Shown here: piece after piece, positions 44,801 to 58,567 of the stretch
Layout of the letters: every line of letters starts with the position of its first letter
Numbering within the stretch: position 1 is the stretch's first letter
Source of the DNA: Monocercomonoides exilis PA203
Lineage: Eukaryota > Protista > Preaxostyla
Direction of reading: 5' to 3'
NCBI GenBank assembly: GCA_001643675.2
Contig: LSRY02000058.1
Span: 1 to 64,000 of the forward strand
Length of the DNA stretch: 64,000 nucleotides
Notes under the pieces: generated by a model
Told to the model about the DNA's origin: nothing
The model's input: only the letters and a program-made list of their open reading frames with translations
Database searches by the model: none
Made by a program: the position numbers and the translations under genes

Positions 44801-47462
44801 GTTGTCCGTTTTATCTTGTCTTGACTGCAGATTCACAGAAATTGACTGTTTTTTGCTTGTTTTTTTGGGTTTTTTGGGTTCAACTTGAACAAGTTTTGAG
44901 TTGTGAATGAACTGAGGCAAAGGAATAAGAAGAGAAGGAGGAATAACTCCTTCCACAATAAAGCCAACAAATACCACACTCATCCACATTGGGACTTCTT
45001 CTGTCTTCTCTTCTGTCTTCTCTGTCTTCTCCTCCTTCTCTTCCACCTCCATCTTCTCCCCTTCTTCTTCTTCTTCAGCCACTTTTTCTTTTTCTTCTTT
45101 TTCTTTTTCTCTCATCATTTTTTCTACTTTCATCTGAGATGGACACTCAAGATGTGATGAATGAGCAATCACTAGTGGAATTTGGCTGTCAAAAAACATC
45201 GTTTCAACCGCATCTTCTTCCTCTCCATTTCTCTCTCTCTTTCTTTTCGCTTCATCATTCAATGAATCAAATGTGATTGTATTTGAGCAAGAATGTAAAT
45301 TTTTATTGACATAATTATCAGTATTATTTTTTATATTTATATTAATATTATATTTATCCTTCTGAGTTAACCAACTTGGGGAATATTTGCGAACAACACG
45401 TTGTTCTTCCCAATTAGGGTTGTCAACTTCCAAAACAGGAAGTGCAGAACATAGAACTATGTATTGGTTTTTGAGCAAAGGAGAAAGAAGAATAAGTCCA
45501 TTTTTTGCCGGAGGAAGGAGAGAAAGAAGAATTTGTGGAGAAGGAATGGAATTGAAAGAGGAATCAGAAGAAGAAGATGATGATAACGGTGAAAGAGAAG
45601 AAGAAGAATTTGATAAGTTAATAGAATTCATCCCATTTTCCATCGTCATCAACTTATTTGGCTGGAAAAGTGGGACAACAAAGCGAAGATGAGTGTGAAT
45701 ATTGCAATTTTGAATGATTTGCATCAAAAAGGATGAATGAATGGCGTAACAGAAGGACAAATGAGGGGGAAGAAGGAGAGAATAGAAGGAGCTGCATTGG
45801 GAAGAGAGGGAAGGAGAAAGAGAGAAGGAGGAAGAGAAAGGAGATGGGGAAGAAGAAGAGGAAGAGGAAGAAGAAGATGGATGTGAAGAAGAAGATGAAG
45901 ATAGAGAAGAAGATGATGAAGATAAAGAGGAGGAGGAAGAAGAAGGAGGTGAAGAAGAAATTGATGATGATAATGACGGAGAAGAAGAAAATATTTTTTC
46001 AACTGAAGAAGACGAAGAAGAAGAAGAAGAAGAAAAAGGTAATGATGCTGATAAAGACAATGATAATGAAGAATCAGGAATTTTCTCTTTTAGTTCAATT
46101 TCCATTTCATTTTCTCCGATTTCTTCAGATTTTTCATCTTTTTTCTCTTTTTCTTTTTCTTTTTCCTTCTCTTTTTCCTTCTTTTCCTTCCTTTTTGAAT
46201 GAAAAATTGATATTTTTTCCATCTTTTGAGGAAGAGGAGCGAGAAGAAGAAAAGCTTTTGCCGGCAAAAAAGACAAAAATGAAACCAAAATTTGTTTTTG
46301 GAGAAGAAGATGAGAAGAATTGGTGATTTCTATTTGAGAAGGGAAATGAAGATTATTGAAATTATAATTTGTATGATAATTATTACTATTTGAGGAAGAA
46401 GAAGAAGAAGAAGAAAGTGAAGAAGAAGAAGAAGAAGAAAGAGAAGAAGAAGAAGGAAGAGAAAGAGAAGAAGGAGAAGGAGAAGAAAGAGATTGAAGAA
46501 GACGATGTGAAAAATCAGTGACAAAAGAAGAATTTGAAAGAGAAGAGGAAATTTGGTTATTGTTTGAATTTGTTGGAGTGTGAAGTTGGTTGGTGAGAGA
46601 AGCAAGAGAAGAAGAAGAGGATGGGGATGATGATGATGAAATGGAAGAAAGAGAAGAAGCAATGGAAGGAGGAGGAGAAGAAGAAGAAGAAGAAGAAGAA
46701 GAAGAAGAACTTAATGATGATGATGATAAAGACAATGATGGATGACTCTTCAATAAAATTTCATCTTCTCCTCTGTTCTCCTCAAATTTCTCTTTCTCTT
46801 TCTCTTCCTTCTCTTCCCCTTCAAAACCACTCGAAATAACAGGATATAATTCTCTATAGAACAAATCATCTGAAATTGAATGAAGAAAAACTAAATTTTC
46901 TTCTTTTTCTGCAAATTTCGAATTCAAAAACGCTTCCGAAGAAGCCAAAGAAATCGCTAAATTTCTTTTTAAAAGCGAAAAATAATTTTTTTTATTTTTT
47001 TCATTTTTTTCATTTTTGACATGCCATGTCAAAATCGGATTTAACTGGAATTTCACACAAATTTGCAGTTTTTTTAATAAATTTGCTGAAAAATGCAGAA
47101 ATTTTTGTCTTTTTAACCGAAATTTCCTTTTCCCCCGTTTTGGAGCTTGATTTGCGAAGGAAAAAAGACCCCAAACAAGATGAGGTTGATTCGGAGAGGG
47201 AGAAAAATGAGAAGGAAAATTTTGGGAAATTTGAGAAATTTGCGGAAGTTTTCGAAGATTTTGTTGATTTTGAGGAAGATTTTGTTGGAATTTTTCAGTT
47301 TTTTGTTGATTTTGTTGAGATTTTTGAAGATTTTGTTGAATTTTTGGAGTTTTTTCTGTTTGTTCTGTTTTTTGAGGGATTTTTTGAAGTTGAATGGAAT
47401 CTTTTGATGAAACGTTTGAAAAAGGAAGAGAAGAAGAAGAAGAACTTGATGAAGAAGAAGAA

Positions 47463-47495
<33 letters not shown>

Positions 47496-50400
47496 GCAGA
47501 AGAAAAAGAGGAGGAGGAGGAAGAAGAGGAAGAGGAAGAGGAAGAAGAAGAAGGTTGTTGAAGTGAAGAAATTGATGAAAGAGAAGATGAATTAGAAGAA
47601 GAAGAGGAAGAAGAGGAAAAGGAAGAGGAAGATGATGATGAAGCAGAAGCAGAAGAAGGAAAAGGAGAAAGAGAAGGAGAAGAAGAAGGAGAAGGAGAGA
47701 GAGAGGGAGAAGGAGAAGGAGAAGGAGAGAGAAAAGGTGAAGGAGAACGAGAATGAGAATAAATAGAAGTTGGAGAAGAAGAAGAAGATGATGATGATGA
47801 TGATGATGAAAAAGAAGAAGAAGAAGAAGATAAAGAGCCAACAGAAGCTGTTGAAGAAGAAGAAGAAGACAAGAAAGAAGTGGAAGAATAAGAAGAGGAA
47901 GAGGAGGAGGAGGAAGAAGAAGAAGAAGAAGAAGAACTTTCTTCTGATTCATCTTCTGATTCTGAAAGTGAAGAGGAAGGAGAAAGAGAAGGAGAAGAAG
48001 AAAGGGAAGAGGATGATGAAGAAGCAGAAGAAGAAGTTATTTTAGAAGCATTATAATCGCTAAAAGAAGCAGCAGACTTCCTATTTAAGGCTGGTGAAAC
48101 AAAAGACTTTGACTTTGGAGTCGTTTTCAAGCGAATTTTGAATGTTGTTGATTTTTTTGATTTTGACATGTCTGTCAAATTGACATTGGAAGAAGAAGAA
48201 AGAGAAAGAGAAGAAGAAATATTTGAAGGAGAAAGAGGAAGAGAGGAAGAAGGAGAAGAAGAGGAAGAAGAAGAAGAAAGAGAAGGAGAGGAAGAGGTAG
48301 AAGATGATGATGATGAAGATGGTTTAGTAATTGAAGACATAGCAATTTTGCTTGCTTCCAAAGAAAGCGGAACAAAAGAAGTGGAAGAAGAAGAAAGAGA
48401 AGGAGAAAGAGAAAGAGAAGAAGAAGAATTAAAAGAGGAAGAGGAAGAAGAAGAAGAAGCTAAATGAGAAGAAGAAGAAGAAGAAGAAGAAGAAGAAGAA
48501 GAAGAAGAACTTTTCAAGCTTTCAAATGTGATTAGAGGCAAAGCAGCTGAATAAAGAGAAGGTCTTTTAGCTTTAACAATATTTTCTTCTTTTTCTTCTT
48601 TTTCTTCTTTTTCTTCTTTTTCTCTGTTTTCTTCACTAATTCCATGGAATTTCTTTAAATTTTCTATTTTTTCGCTTTCTTCAACGTTTTCTTCGTTTAT
48701 TTCATTGTTTTCTATGCTTTCTTCTTTATTTCTTTCTCTTTCTTCTTCTTTTTCTTCTTCTCTTTCTTCTTCTTCTCTTTCTTCTTCTTCTCTTTCTTCT
48801 TCTTCTCTTTCTTCTTCTTCTCTTTCTTCTTCTTCGTCTTTGTCATCTTCTGCAATTCGCATCTTTCTTCTCTTCTTCTTCTTCTTCTTCTTCTTTTTCA
48901 TTGTCGCTTCCATCATCATCGTTTTCTTCTTTTTCTTTTTCTTTTTCTTATTTATTGTTAGATTTTCTTCTTCTTCTCTTTCTCTTTCTCTTTCTTCTTC
49001 TTCTTCTTCTTCTTCTTCTTTTTCTTCTTCTTCTTCTTCCATCATCATAACTGCATCTAACTTATGCATTAAATCCCGAATCATCTTCTTCTTCTCATTT
49101 TCCCTCATTTTCATTCGATTTTCTCGAATTTCACTGATTTTCTGCTGAATTTGCTGGATTTTCTTGTTTTTCTTTGTTTTTTTGCTTTCTTTTGTTGTTT
49201 TTGTGAGTTTTGTTGGTTTTTTCTTGTTTTCTATTACTTTTTCTTCTTCCCTTTCTCTTTCTTCTCTTTCTTCTCTTTCTTCTTCGTTTTCTTCGTTTTC
49301 TTCTTCTTCATTTTTCATTTCTTTCAACATTTTTCGGTTTTTCTTTTCTTTTTCTTTTTCTTTTTGAAGAAATTCCAACAGAAAATGATGTGAATGCGGA
49401 GGGAGAATAAGAATAAAACCAGAAAATGAAGAAGAAAAGGAAGAAAATGGAAAAAAGGGAGAAGAAGAAAAGGAAGAAGAAGAAAGAGAAGAAGAAGAAG
49501 AAGGATAAATAGAAGGAAAAGGAGAAGAGGAGAAAGAAGAAGAGAAGGGAGAAGAGGAAGAAGAAGAAGATGATGATGATGATGATGAAAACGCTAAATC
49601 GAACGCAGAAGAAAAAGAAGAAGAAGAAGAAGAAGAGGGAAAAGAAGAAGAAGCAATTGAAGAAGAAGAAAAAAATGTACCATTATTATTATTATTATTC
49701 CTCCACAATTCATCCCCAAAACTCGTTTTGTGCCCAAAATTCACCGAAATCCCTGTTTTGTGCTGAAACAAGTGCGAATCTTCTGAAGGCGCCTCTTCTT
49801 TGATCTGAAAATGCCTCAGAAAAATCATCCTTTCCTTCTCTTTTCTGCTAATTATGCGAAGAAGATGCTTTTGGAGCTCTTTATTTGGCGTGAGCTGGCT
49901 GACAATTTTCTGTTTGAGGAGGTGAATGGGGGAATTTGAGGGTTTGTTTGGGGTGGGGGAAGAGGAAGAGGAGGAAGAAGAGGAAGAGGAGGAGGCTGAG
50001 GATGGAAAGAAATAAATAAACAAAAATAAATAAATAAATAAACGAAAAAAAAAAAAAGAAGAAGAAGAAGAAGAAGAAGAAGAAGAAGAAGAATTAAAGA
50101 AGAAAAATGAAATAAAATAAAATAAATATCAAATTAAGAAAAAAAAATTCTCAAAAATTATCAAAAAATTTAAAAATTTAAAAATTTAAAAATTCCTTTT
50201 CAATTTCCATTTCTATTTCCCTTTCCCCTTTCCATACAATTCGCCTGCTCAGCCCCCGAATACCAGAACGCCCCGTCGCTCGCATCCCACGTGTCCTCGC
50301 TGCTTCTCACAGGGGCAGCCCATTCGCGCGGAATCTGCTTCAGAAAGGCGTTCTGCCCAAAGAGATGCTCTGGAAGCTGCCGCACGCTCACCAGCCTCAT

Positions 50401-51063
50401 CATCTGCTCCACCCCTTTCGCCAGCCTCGCTTTCCAGTCCTTCTCTGACGGCAGCTGCTTGTATTGCCCTTTGCTCTCCCGTCTCAGCCGCTTCTGCATT
50501 CGGTTTATTTCCGCCATCTTCATCTTCTTTTCTTCTTCTGCACTCAAAGGGACACCAAATATTTTGTTTAACGTGATTTCTGCTTTCCCCTTTTTTTCAA
50601 GCAAACCAAAGTGATTCATTAAAGCGTCTTGAAGAGAAATTTCTTTTCCTTTTTCAGTCTTTCGATTTTCTTTTGCTTGAGAATAATTGGGTGGTTCCGA
50701 AAAAATAATATCTCCTTTATCCGCAGGTTCCATAGTGTTTGTACGTTCATTATTCAATATATTTGGTTCCTCCTCTTGATCATTAATAGCATTTTGAAAT
50801 GGAATAGAATTAAATTGCTCCAGAAGTTGATGAAATGAAAGGATAGGAAAGAGAGACTCATTAGCAGATTGACAAATGAAATGGTCCTCTGCTGGGGTTC
50901 GATGCGTCTCGCTGAGATATTCTAATTCATCATCATTTTTCCCTTCAAAATAACTCTCAACAAAAAATGACTCAAAATCAAAGCCAGATGTATTTGAAAA
51001 AAATGTCTCGATGTCCAATGGTTCGTCTTTTCCATCAAAATTCATCCTTTGAACATTTTTCAT
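41898..51063 (-). CDS. Giant Ser/Glu-rich protein with SWIM zinc finger, RS/SP-rich region and C-terminal U1/matrin-type C2H2 finger; predicted introns 49996-50237 and 42432-42673
   Basis: 7.4-kb open frame; SYCTCSG..ICGHVMTL (CxC..CxH); FCSLC..SHVSGK|LH completed by splicing. Both GT-AG introns join the flanking ORFs in frame; further in-frame introns are possible. Confidence 0.7.
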
Positions 51064-51544
51064 AAAATGTGAAGCAATAAAAAAGAAAGTCTTTTGAACA
51101 AATAAATAAATTCACATCAATGAAATCTGCCGAGTTGAATGAAAAATAATCCATACAGTAATTCACCTTTTCAGTTTTAATTTGTGAAAATACCAGATTT
51201 GGCGCTTAATTGTTTATATTATTTTTTATCAAAATTTTATTATTTACTATGGGAGTATTTATTATCTTTGTGAATGAAATCTCTTCATTTTCATACTCAT
51301 TCATTTTTCATTTATTCATGCAAATAACATATTAAACATTTCAACTGAAACTGAAGAAAAAAAAAAAAAAAAAAAGACAAAATAATAAAATTTATCGTAT
51401 TTTCAAAAAATGCACTTAAACTGATAATACATGTTGTTCATGATGTTGTTATTGAAGAAACAAATTGTTTTCAAAAATCCCAGTGACTGGAAAATTTCGA
51501 TCAAAATTCGAACGAAAGAATGATTTCAAAAGGATCAGATATAT

Positions 51545-51797
51545 AAATGATTATTCTTGAATCCATTTTATTCATTCAAAAATTAAGGTTTGAGAATTCA
51601 TATTGAAATATAACAAATTAGCACTGAAAAGTCTTTTTTTTTCAAAGATAATGTTTTGATGAAAATAATCTCAAACATCGTAATTTTCAACATTACCACA
51701 CTTTTTTTCTTTTGAATGAATAATTCCTCTCCAAAGAATAAAAACTTTTGGAAAATTAACACACCAAACAAAGTTATGATTTCTTAAATAATCACCC
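51545..51797. mobile_element. Degenerate copy of the ~255-bp MITE
   Basis: Ends TATGATTTCTTAAATAATCACCC; degenerate left end ATAT|AAATGATTATTCTTGA at the expected distance. Confidence 0.5.
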
Positions 51798-52369
51798 ATG
51801 CAAAATATTGATCATAAAATAGGGTGGTTTTTTTATCCGGACAATTTTTTTATCCGGACAATTTTTTTATCCGGACATTTTTTTTAATTGGCGTATCTCA
51901 ATAAATGAAAACTGAAAATAGAAATAGCATATTGAACCATGTTTGAATATGTATTAAACGTTCATACAAAAAAATTTTTTGTCAATTTTTGTTTTTGATG
52001 AAGATCTTTGGAATTTTTTATTTATTTTTGATCATTTGTTTTGCTTGTTTAAAACCAGCACTCTTTCTTTGTTTATTTTTAATTACAATGTCATAAAACA
52101 TGCATATGTGTCATTATCTTTGAAATCATATCTTTTTTCGGGGAATTGATATTAAAAAGATTGTTTGTCAATGGGAAGTGTTTTTGTATTCAGATGATAA
52201 AATTATAACAACTGTTTCAAAAACAAATGTATTATCTGAAATAAAGAAGAATATGTCTTGAAAATGTCTGTGCACTTTTCAGTGTTCATTTTCTTGTATT
52301 CAAGAAAAATTTTTGAACCTAAATTTTTGAATGAAAAAATATGCTTTCAAAAATAATGACCCATATTGA

Positions 52370-52820
52370 CCTTTAATAATTCCAAATATTTTTTGTTTTT
52401 ACTTATTTTTTCGATTGTTTTTAACATTTCACCATTTTTGTCAAAAAATTTGAAAAAGTGAAAAATATGAACTGTAAAATATTTTTTGCATATTAAAAAT
52501 GATATGCATGAAAAGAAAAAGGTTTGCATAAAGCATTCACCGAGTTAAAATTTTATGAAATGTTGTTGTTTTCATTACACACATCAAATATTGAAAATGA
52601 TAAAAATGTTCATTTTACGTTCATTTTTATTTAAAATGACTAATTAATAAGATCACAAATGCATTATTATTATTTTTACACGATATAGAAATATATAATC
52701 CTTTTAATAAAATAAAAGTTCGGTAATTTTCATTTTTTCATATTTTTTGTCAAAAATGATGAAATGGAAAAAACAATCGAAAAATAAGAAAAAGCAAAAA
52801 ATATTTTGAATAATAAAACT
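52370..52820. repeat. Diverged ~90-bp inverted repeat pair (old MITE-like insert)
   Basis: aaatattttttgtttttacttattttttcgattgtttt..catttttgtcaaaaa versus the reverse complement of 52740-52810. Confidence 0.55.
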
Positions 52821-53090
52821 TCATTATGTTTGTTTCATGGCCTTGTAGTTAAAAATAAACAAAAAAAGAAAGATAGTCCAAAATGGACAAAACAAATGGG
52901 GGAAAATACGGACTTTCAAGCTTTATTTGCACAAAGCATTGAAAAATTGCTTCTCTCATAACATTATATAACTTTATCAAATTTTGAAAAAAATTTGATT
53001 TTCAAATCAATTTTCAGGCTTCATTTATATCAAAACATAAAGTGTTGTGACATTTCTACATTGTTGAAAAATGGACTCATTTATATTGTG

Positions 53091-54540
53091 GGCATAATGA
53101 TACAATATGGAATGAAAGGAAAATGAAAATAAACCACACACGATGAAAACACATTGTTAATAATTTGCATTTGTGCAAGAAATTCTGTGCGGAAACGTTT
53201 CATTGATGAAATAAATAATTTAAAAAAATCTATTGATTTCACATATTTATGTGTTTTGATCAAAAAATATTTTAATGCAAATACAAGCGGAAAATAAGGA
53301 TCTTGGTATTTCAAAGTTGAATAAGCTCTTTTACGAATAGGATATGACGTGGAGCTGGTTTTTGGAGAAAGTGCTGCACAACGAAGTTCCGAAATGTAGA
53401 TATCACACAACACAAAAAATATGTTACACTGTTTTCCCCAATTACAGATACTGGAAATGTCCCAAATGTATTGAAAGAAAATCAGTTTATCATGGAACAA
53501 TATTTGCATACATGAATATTTCCTTGGGCTCAACTTTGTTAATTTGTTTGTATTATTGGGTGAAAATACCAATAAAAACAATTTCTTCTTTGCTTGGAAT
53601 ATCTCAAAAGACTGTGGGTTTTTGGTGCAGCGTTATTAGAGTCTGTTGTGCAAAAGAATGGAATGACAAACAGCAAACAATCGGAGGCGCAGGAAAAACT
53701 GTAGAAATCGACCAAGCTGTGTGGCGGAAGAGAAAATACGGAAGAGGAAGGAGAAAAGACCACGTTTGGATATTTGGAGGAGTGGAGCTTCTCGACGGAG
53801 GAGGAGCAAGCAAAAGATATATGACAATTGTCCCTAATAGAACCAAGAAAACATCACTTCCGTTGATTCAGCGTTTTATTTTTCTTGGAACGACCATTAT
53901 CTTGGACGAATGGAAGGCATATGCTTCGTTGGAGGAACTGGGCTATCAACATTTAACCGTCTGCCACAAAAGAAATTTTGTTAATCCAGAAACTGGAGCA
54001 TGAACGAACACAATTGAAGGATTGTGGTCACATTTGAGGTCATCTTTTCCGCGGTTTGGTACAAGAAAGAAATAAATTTTGGATCATATTGCCATGTTTC
54101 TAGCCAAAACCTCTCTCAAACTATCTTTTGAAGATCTAATAAATAAAATTGCAGAATATAAACCAGAAGAGGAAAAAGAAGAAGAAAATGAAATGAAAGA
54201 AGATGAAGAATCAGAAGAAATTGATGAAGAAGTGCCATTTTTTGAAGATATCATTCCCAACGAAGATAAATTGCTCGAAGACGATGATTTGGGAGTTGGA
54301 GACTGTGAAAGCGCTTCAGAATATACACCATAGAAGACGTTTTTTCACATTTGCATTTCAAAAATTTTTTGATCATGAAAAAAAAATAATAAAAAATTTG
54401 AAATTTTTTATTTTTTAATTTTTGCTCTAAACGCATTTCCGCACATTTTTTACAAGCCACACGTTCATTAAACATCATATGCAACGTTAACATTGTGTTA
54501 TTTGTTAAGTTTGAGAAATGCTATATTATACTATTATGCC
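53091..54540 (+). mobile_element. Complete Merlin element no. 2, 1450 bp
   Basis: TIRs GGCATAAT...ATTATGCC (18/23 identical); perfect 8-bp TSD ATATTGTG at 53083-53090 and 54541-54548. Confidence 0.92.
53275..54333 (+). pseudogene. Merlin transposase with two in-frame stops (TAG 53338, TGA 54001), no intron
   Basis: IGGAGKTVEIDQ, RKRKYGRGR, WIFGGVE, ILDEWKAY, HLTVCHK, GA*TNTIEGLWSHLR all in a single frame. Confidence 0.88.
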
Positions 54541-54780
54541 ATATTGTGTTTTTTGATTAAAAAAAATTAAATGATAAGTGCATAATTGTTCTATGAAAAT
54601 GTTTGAAGTCAAATATTTTGTCCCAAATGATCAAAAATAAATAAAAAATTCCAAAGATCTTCATCAAAAACAAAAATTGACAAAAAATTTTTTTGTATGA
54701 ACGTTTAATACATATTCAAACATGGTTCAATATGCTATTTCTATTTTCAGTTTTCATTTATTGAGATACGCCAATTAAAA

Positions 54781-54885
54781 AAAATGTCCGGATAAAAAAA
54801 TTGTCCGGATAAAAAAAATGTCCGGATAAAAAAAATGTCCGGATAAAAAAATTGTCCGGATAAAAAAATTGTCCGGATAAAAAAA
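54781..54885. repeat. Six tandem 17-bp units (TGTCCGGATAAAAAAAW)
   Basis: Direct observation; three inverted units at about 51828-51880. Confidence 0.95.
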
Positions 54886-55251
54886 CCACCCTATGTTGGA
54901 AAAATTATAATCCATGTCTATTCCAGTGTGTCGATAGAGTCTCCTGTCACAGATTTTACTCCAAACATGACACTATTTTCGATAATTTCGAAATATGTCA
55001 AATTAATTTTTGATGGTTCAAATTATTTGTTGGTTCGATCAACAAGAAAAAAAAGATTGGATTAATTCTTTTTTGCAGCAAGCAAATTCATTTATTCTTC
55101 CTTTTTCATTTTTGCATCCGATTAATATAAAGTGCAGCATTTGTCGTTGAATCTATTAGCACTCTAGTCTGGAGATTAATAAAGATGTTTGTATTTGTCG
55201 ATTATCTTATAAGAAAAATTGGTATTGTTTTTCAAATACCCAGAACACATA

Positions 55252-56718
55252 ATGGACGAAGTGAGTGTAGTCAATAATGTTGGGGAAAAAGATTGTGATG
55301 GAGAAGAAGAAGAATTCAAGACAGAGCTTGCAGAAAAGTTCACAAGTTTGAGAATATTTTTCTTGATTGGACTTTCAAGTTTGATTATTTTTGTGATTTA
55401 AAAGAATTGCTTGATGAACTGGAAGATTGTGATGGGAATGAGCAAAAACAGATAATCGATGAAATGAACGGACTAATGGACAAGATGGACGAAGAGGAAC
55501 TCAGATCTGTATTCACAATTGAAAATTTCGACAAAATCGATGAAATGATCGAAGAAAGTAAATTGACTTTTAAAAATGCTATTTTGCTGATGAAACGTAT
55601 TGGATATTGGAATGAGTTGAAAGACATATTGCGTTATCCTTTTGAAAATTCTCTGTTGAGCAAAAGATTTGAGAATATGATTCTTGAAGAAGACGAGAAA
55701 AAAGAAGAAAAGGATGAAAAGCTTCTTATTGATCTTTGTGAATGCTATATTTTTATCAGCTATTTCATATCATGGAAATTGCTTTCAATTTGCATACACA
55801 ATTTTCTGAAAGCAGCATCAAACAAGGAAGAAAACGAAGAAGCAAAAGAAGAAGTGGAAATGGCGTTATTTGTATTGAGAAGTGTTAATGTTTCTGTATG
55901 AGCACTTCTTTTTCATTTTAATTCCATTTATTCATATGAATATAATTTTTCGTTAGTACATTAAAAACGAATCTTATTTAAATGAGATCAAAGAAATCAT
56001 CAAATATCATCAGGAACATCGTAACTTGACGCAACTTGCGTATCAATCAGTATGGAAGTTTTTGATACACGGATTATTTCTTAAAAGAAGCTTGGAAGAA
56101 GTTATTGTGAATGAACTGCATTTTTCAAGAGAAGCCAAAAGCGAAATGGAAGCTTTGATAAAATGTATTGATTGGAGGAAGAAAGAAGAGGAAATGAGCA
56201 GAGAAGAAGCAAAAGAAGCAAATATTGTCAAGGGATGGACCAGAACATTGACGTTTTTCTTTAATTTATGCCAATTGTTTAATGAAGAGATCTTCGATCT
56301 TATTGAGACTATTGTTCGAGTGATCAGAATTGCAAAGGATAATTTTGGAGATGTGATCAGCTGGTGCATTTGTTCCTTGAAGTATGCAGCGGGAAGAAAA
56401 CATGTGATAATTGAAGACTTGTTGAAGAGCGGAGCGGTTGATATATTTTTGGAGGAAATTCAGCAAATAGCAATTGAAGACTCCAATGCATGTTATTGTT
56501 TGGAATTCTTTGTTGCACTTTCCAGAAGATTGAAAAGAAATACAAATGATGAGATCGACGAAGCGAAAAGAAAAGAATTGAAAAGGAAAATGTTTGAAAA
56601 GATGGAAGAAGAAGGATACGAAGATTACATTCTCAAATTTCAGCTGTCCAATGTTAATGAGATGTTAGGAGATGATAATTTGGTTACAACATATGAAGAT
56701 TTTTTTGTGCGTGCATAA
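55252..56718 (+). CDS. Lineage-specific helical E/K-rich multigene-family protein; introns 55346-55404 and 55896-55956
   Basis: Three ORFs join in frame via GT-AG introns; clearly paralogous to 58568-60092 (AASNKEENEEAKEEVEMAL, VNELHF, FEKMEEEG). Confidence 0.8.
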
Positions 56719-58567
56719 AAAGAATATTCTTTTCGATTCTGTTCGTTTTATTGAAGTCTCAGAAAAGCAGAAGAAGAATGGAGTGAAATGGAAACATGAT
56801 TAGAATAGGAGGACCGCAGAAAATAAGCAAACGAAAGAAAATGAAGAAAAAAGAAGAGAAGAGATTTCATTCTGAAATAATATCTTCGTTTGAACAATAA
56901 GAATAATCAACACAATTTGTGAATTCTTCATTCATTTCAGTCGGTCTTCTCATTATCGTCTTCTTCATCTGCTTCCATCTCGCTCAAACAATCATTCACT
57001 TGCACAACATCAGTGGTCATTTAATCAATCAATCCATCTTCTTCTTCTTCTTCTGTTTCACTCTTATCTCCTCTTCCTTCTCAGAATTAACCATCCAATT
57101 CCATTTCACGCATCGATTCTGAGAATTCGTCTGAGAGTCTGCAAGATCAGCTTTCAACTCACCTTTCTAAGCCAAAAGGCAAAACCGATGAAAACACCGA
57201 AAAGGAAGCCTGGAAAGAAAACAGCACATCTGATGGTGAGACATCTGCATCTGCATTGCCTGCTGATCTGCCAACTGCAAGTCAAGAATTAGCAACCACT
57301 CCGGCCACGGAATTCAAGAAAGAAAATGCTCTGAATCTGATAAACGAACTGGCAGAGTTGAAGGGTCTTATTAATGGGTTCTCGCTGTGAAATTTTCCTC
57401 ACATCAAAATTATAATTTTTACAAACATTGTGTATGTAGAGAAATCTTTCTAATTTGTGTGAAAAGTTCCATTGTCTTATTTTATGTGTGATTATGTTTT
57501 CATATCTTACAAAATTTGCACCTCACTCAATTATATCTTTGCAAAATATTTTTTCTTCGCAATTATTTCAATCGTTGTTTTTCATCTGTTATTGAAACAC
57601 TTGTTTCTGTGAAATATTGACTTTTGTCCATTTTTTCCAACGTTTGTTTCCATTTTGAGCAAATTTGAAAACAAGCATTTGAAAATTGATAGCAGGTTTG
57701 ATTCAAGAGTCAAATTAGCAATCCAAGTGAACAAAAGATGAATGAAAATTGAGATTTTTTTAATGCAAGAAAGTGCTCCACACAAATTGAAGATTGCATC
57801 TTCATACTCTTTCTTTTCATTATCATCCTCTTCATCTTCTAATTTCTCATTATGATTTGACTGAAAAGTTTCTTGTGAAAAAGGCAAGAAGAAGTTTATG
57901 AAGAAAGAAAAAAGCTTTCCGAATGAAAGAAAAAGAGGGAATGAAAAATGAAGTCAGACTGAAGAGGAAGAGGAAGTGGGATTGTTTTTTGTTTTTGAAG
58001 TTGAGAATCAAGAATTAGTCACAAATAATCAAAAGAAAGTTTTTCTTTTTCGTGTTCATCTCAAAAAATCTCTTATTCATTTTCTCTCTTTTCGTTTCTC
58101 TTCATCTGTTCAGAAAAAACATTTGTGTTTCAAAGAAATTAAAGAAGAGGCAAATGAACCCAACGAACAAGAAAGAAAATATCATCAATTCTTGAAACTT
58201 GTGAATAGATGGGATATTAAGAGATAATTATTTTTTCCAAAGAAAAGAAGGAATTGAATGTTGATATTTCATATTTTTTTCGCTTTACAGAATTTCAAAG
58301 AAATGAAAAAGAAAAAAATATAAAACAAACTTTACGTTTGTTGAATGTGATATGATACTGAATGAAAAATAAACAAAATTTTTGAGTTACAGAATAAATA
58401 ACTTTTCATTTTCTCAGGCATTTACACCAGTTGCTGATAATTCATCAGGCAATCCAATAAAAAATTTCAATTGAAGAAGGCTGCAAACTGCTATTTGCAG
58501 ATGAAGGAAATAATCAAAATACAAAAATTGAAAATCAGAGAAACAAAATGTGAAGCATCTCATTTTC

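Larger units (their letters stand above)
51822..54891. mobile_element. TA-flanked non-autonomous TIR element with 17-bp subterminal tandem repeats, hosting a nested Merlin
   Basis: TIRs 51822-52038 and 54624-54891; TA|GGGTGG...CCACCC|TA; ATCCGGAC repeat 3x on the left and 6x on the right. Confidence 0.85.

Noticed and set aside
54781-54885. CRISPR-like array
   Set aside because: Head-to-tail 17-bp units without unique spacers, part of a TIR, eukaryotic context, no cas genes
51822-54891. Merlin transposase with an atypical TA target duplication
   Set aside because: The Merlin has its own TIRs and 8-bp TSD (53091-54540); the TA-flanked TIRs belong to a separate host element
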